A stretch of DNA of 64,000 nt from Patella caerulea (lineage: Eukaryota), in contig JAZGQO010000002.1 of assembly GCA_036850965.1 (NCBI GenBank), forward strand, positions 27,060,901 through 27,124,900, given 5' to 3'. Positions 60,728 to 64,000 of the stretch are shown here, piece by piece. The notes below the pieces were generated by a model. That model ran no database searches and was not told the origin of the DNA. It was given only the letters and a program-made list of their open reading frames with translations. A program made the translations under genes and the position numbers. Position 1 is the first letter of the stretch. Every line of letters starts with the position of its first letter.

Positions 60728-62299
60728 ACAAATATTCTAGAGTAGGTACATATTTATAGTGGATTTATGTCTGAACTTCAGCGAAATTAATATTAACATT
60801 TATCTCCGATGGTTAAAGATAACATGTTTACCGACCGCTGCTACAGATGATATATCTACTATATGAAACAATATTAAAATATTTAATGTCCATATCACTA
60901 TAGATAATGTACTTATTGATTGAACAATATTAAAATATTGGAATGGAATTACCATAAACAAGATATCCACTATAGATAACTATTGTTTAAACGCTATTAA
61001 ATATTTGATCCCCATAAAATTATAGACAGTGTTTTTAAAGTGTCACTTCGCCACTTTAATATTTGATAACCATATTAGTATAATAATACATGTGATCACC
61101 ATATTATTATATCTAATGCACTTACTGTATGGACTATTTTGAAATATGTGTTTACACTAGCAGGGGCTCAATGAGAAGGACGCAATGATGAGCTTTTGCA
61201 TCATGTTTTTTAGTTTTTGCGCCATATTAAAGGGGCTAAATCGCTAACTATTGGGAACTAGATAATTTACACAAATGGGTCGCAATGGATATAATAATGT
61301 AATCTGAATGTATATAAACTGATTTACATTCAAACATTTCCGTCTTTACTCTAATTTCAAATCAGTTATGTTCAGCGAAATATACGAAATATCTAGCGTC
61401 TGGTTATTCCAGTCTACATAGTATTTATTGCGTATTCTCTCCAGTTAAGAATATGCATCACCGTATATCCTCGTTCTTCAAGTCCCTTGTTAAAAATGGG
61501 CCTGAAGCGCATGATGGTACACGATTCATGTACCAATGGTACTTTTTTTTATTTTGTCTTAAAAATTGGATATCAGAAGCCCACCTTTTCCCGTAAGATC
61601 ACAACATCAATGTTGATTTAAATTGACAAATAATTCGTGTTTTCATTGTCGATGATTTTGGATGATATTCAGTGAGAGACTTAGCTACTTTAAGCTTTTG
61701 TGCTCCGTTTCAAATGTCAAAAGATCATGCGGTTTCGATGCGGATTGCAACATTATAATCATGATACTAGATATACCCCGCACGTAATATATATAAATCC
61801 TGGCTCACCACGTCCCTGGCCACAGGAACAGATAGCTGGATGTTTTACTCTAGTATGATATGTGTTGCTATAAGGAAATGTTGGTGGGTGACCGGATGGT
61901 GGAAACTGCATATCTGTCATGGGAGACCAGCCAATAGGAGGGGCTATATCCATGCTTTTTATAACACCGAATGTAAAGCGTGATTATTTGTTGACGTCAG
62001 TCTGTTCAACGTTCAGTTTTCAGATGAATTTGGTGATCCATTGTAGATTAAACTTCTTTCGTCAGCATTAAGATATTCGTTTATTGAGTTATCCTGAGCA
62101 AAGCAACTAAATGATCTGAAATAAAGTTACCATCTGGTTGACAAACCAGGCAGTAATTTCAAAAAGTCGATAGCTGCATTTTGTTGTTCCGTTCGACTTG
62201 TTTCAAATAGCTGCTTTTAATTGTGTGGTGATCTGATACGCATATTTATAGCCCGATCCGCGTCCTCAGTTTAGACGATCTCATCGCGCAGGTTTCAGT

Positions 62300-64000
62300 C
62301 ATTGTTTATTGGTCACTGGGCGAGGAAGGCCGTTTCCCTCTCACAGTTAGTATTTAGTAATTAATAATTATCTAATTTAATTGTACATTTTTAAGAACTG
62401 TAGCTTTGTTATTGTGTCGCCTATATGTTAATGCTTATGTATATTGTTGTTTCATTTTCGTAAATACGTCCTTACACGCGCTGTCATTAGCCCGCTATCT
62501 GTTGGCTGCACGTGGTTGTGATTGATAGGTGTTTCTTGTACCACGTGGTTACATCACGTGATTTTAGGGTATATACCCCATGTCTTGCCTCGTAGCACAG
62601 TAGTCGGAATCTAGTTGTAGTCGGAATGTAGTCGGAGTTGAAGTCGTAGTCTGAATCGAGCCATAGAAGTGGTAAAACAGAGTCTGACCCCGACGTATAG
62701 GGAGCGATTAATAGAGCCCGGTTCGGAGCTATGGAGATAGCCCAACAAGGAGCGTTATAGTCTGACCCCGACTTATAGGGAGCGATATAGAGATAGCCCG
62801 GCAAGTAGCGTTATAGTCTGACCCCGACTTATAGGGAGCGATATAGAGATAGCCCGGCAAGGAGCGTTATAGTCTGACCCCGACTTATAGGGAGCGATAC
62901 AGAGAGCCCTTCTAGGAGCGTTTACAGAGCCCGATAAGAAGCGATTAATAGAGCCCGACAAGGAGCGTTTCGAGAGCCCGACTAGGAGCGTTTAGTGCTG
63001 GCGAGTGTTGGTCGGAAATGAGCTATTTTTGTATTAGGAGATTAATAAAGAGAGTTGCTAGCTATTTTTGTATTTAGGAGAATAATAAAGAGAGTTGCTG
63101 ATTAATCTGGTGTTAGTCTTTCTGAGCCAGCTGCTTGGTTGGCTACTCCCACACCTCTACAGTAGTGAACCCTCAACAGAACCAACGGATAGAGCCAGGC
63201 CCACTCTACCACAGTAATCTGCTCTATCCGGAGATCCAGTTCACTACAGAAGTTTTCTGGTGGCAGAGGTGGGATACAGATTGACAAACCCCGAGACGGA
63301 ACCAGAAAACCCAGGATACAGATAGACCACCCCCAGGATCCAGACAGACAGATCGGATGGAGCCAGATAGCCAGACTTCTCCGAGTTATTTCAGAGCTGA
63401 GAGAGGAGCTGCCCAGTTTGATGTTAGCTCAACTATAGAATCCACAGAAGAGCCAAGGAGGAAGAATGCATTAGAAAGGCTTCGCGATACGATCTCAAGA
63501 CAAAGAGCGAAACCGGTTTGTCCAAATGCACAGAGCCTGATGAATAATTTGTCGGGAGCCAGAGCCAATGCTGAAGAATCATTTGATGCTGGTTTTACAG
63601 AACAGAAGAAAGAACTAAATTATCAACAGTCGGATATGTTGACTCCAAGGAACAGCTCTGAAGCTTCAGTATGTGATAACTGGCGGTCACCAAGTAATTG
63701 TAGAGCCCCCGTCGGAGCGGCGACTCCTGATGTCATGGGAAGTCCGGATTTAATTAGAAATGAGAAACTTTATCACCACGAAATGCCGAAGCCCAGTGAA
63801 GATGAGCAAGATTTTATTTCTGGACCGAGCCGCGGTATAACAGAATTGAATAACACCAAATGGAAAGAGCAGGATCAGAGGAAGTCTAATATGCCCAGAA
63901 GGAACATGATTACTCCTCAGCCATTTGATGGAACGAGCTCAATTATGGATTATCAGATTCATTTCGAGACCTGTGCTGAATTGAATAGATGGGATGAAAC
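62300..64000 (+). mobile_element. 5' portion of an LTR retrotransposon. Putative 5' LTR region with a 58-bp x 4 tandem at 62690-62930, then a gag ORF running beyond the window end.
   Basis: An open frame from the ATG at about 63357 to 64000 with no stop, at least 215 codons. It ends with the gag N-terminal motif 'ITPQPFDGTSSIMDYQIHFETCAELNRWDE', typical of Ty3/gypsy and BEL-Pao capsid N-termini. AATAAA at 63075. LTR boundaries not determined. Confidence 0.6.
63357..64000 (+). CDS. Retrotransposon Gag, N-terminal part; ORF truncated by the window end
   Basis: Translation 'MEPDSQTSPSYFRAERGAAQFDVSSTIESTEEPRRKNALERLRDTISRQRAKPVCPNAQS...KPSEDEQDFISGPSRGITELNNTKWKEQDQRKSNMPRRNMITPQPFDGTSSIMDYQIHFETCAELNRWDE'. 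Absent from the ORF track, presumably because there is no stop inside the window. Confidence 0.6.
   Translation, partial: MEPDSQTSPSYFRAERGAAQFDVSSTIESTEEPRRKNALERLRDTISRQRAKPVCPNAQSLMNNLSGARANAEESFDAGFTEQKKELNYQQSDMLTPRNSSEASVCDNWRSPSNCRAPVGAATPDVMGSPDLIRNEKLYHHEMPKPSEDEQDFISGPSRGITELNNTKWKEQDQRKSNMPRRNMITPQPFDGTSSIMDYQIHFETCAELNRWDE

Noticed and set aside
61759-61953. Pro-rich 64-aa ORF on the minus strand in a GC-richer patch
   Set aside because: No splice sites, domains or conservation are recognisable. It lies in the putative LTR or flank of the retrotransposon and is probably spurious.
1-64000. Prokaryotic-style annotation (operons, promoters with -10/-35 boxes, terminators, rRNA or tRNA genes)
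   Set aside because: Coding density is under 10%. Genes are split by GT-AG introns, and the repeat types (LINEs, SINEs with TSDs, LTR element gag) are eukaryotic. No intact tRNA or rRNA gene was recognised; the tRNA-like segments are SINE heads.

Overview
This 64-kb window is AT-rich nuclear DNA from an animal (metazoan) genome. It has no prokaryotic gene organisation, no rRNA or tRNA genes and no CRISPR array. The repeat content (tRNA-derived SINEs, CR1-like LINE fragments, satellite-carrying nonautonomous elements with (GACA)n tracts that resemble bivalve 'pearl'/Helentron-type elements) tentatively suggests a mollusc, but this is a guess. The window holds one large protein-coding gene on the minus strand plus a dense population of transposable elements and tandem repeats.

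The gene is an ortholog of DEPDC5 (Iml1, a GATOR1 complex subunit). It runs from about 48.6 kb (N-terminal exons) down to its stop codon at 1243. I could place at least 35 coding exons by splice-site consensus (polypyrimidine-AG acceptors, GTRAGT donors), exon-to-exon codon-phase continuity and segment-by-segment similarity to human DEPDC5 recalled from memory. The recalled landmarks include the N-terminal motif 'VVNPKxFPxIxLGDVVEI', the '[28 protein letters not shown]' block, the DEP domain, and the C-terminal 'MLxKxWRSSxTGDExF' motif. The human comparison is unverified.

The introns contain many mobile and repetitive elements:
- Three copies of a roughly 1.2–1.9-kb satellite-carrying mobile element built as arm, 147-bp x 2 tandem repeats, (GACA)n tract, arm. 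One copy has a paralogous empty site within the window.
- A second group of elements with terminal inverted repeats (TIRs) that also carry satellites, with TIR core ATACGYCCACA and (GGAC/GACA)n tracts. These hold two further, unrelated satellite families of about 146 and 150 bp.
- A 2.5-kb DNA transposon with TIRs whose boundaries are defined by an uninterrupted paralogous copy. It carries a frameshifted, widely distributed metazoan transposon-type ORF, a tandem array rich in ATGGCGGCCAT motifs and a 150-bp perfect hairpin.
- Foldback elements and MITEs, including a candidate piggyBac-like MITE (short termini, TTAA flanks).
- SINE copies with clean target-site duplications (TSDs).
- Two CR1-like LINE reverse-transcriptase fragments.
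- The 5' end of an LTR retrotransposon whose gag ORF runs off the window.

Most six-frame ORFs in the supplied track are repeat-phase artefacts or parts of the above.
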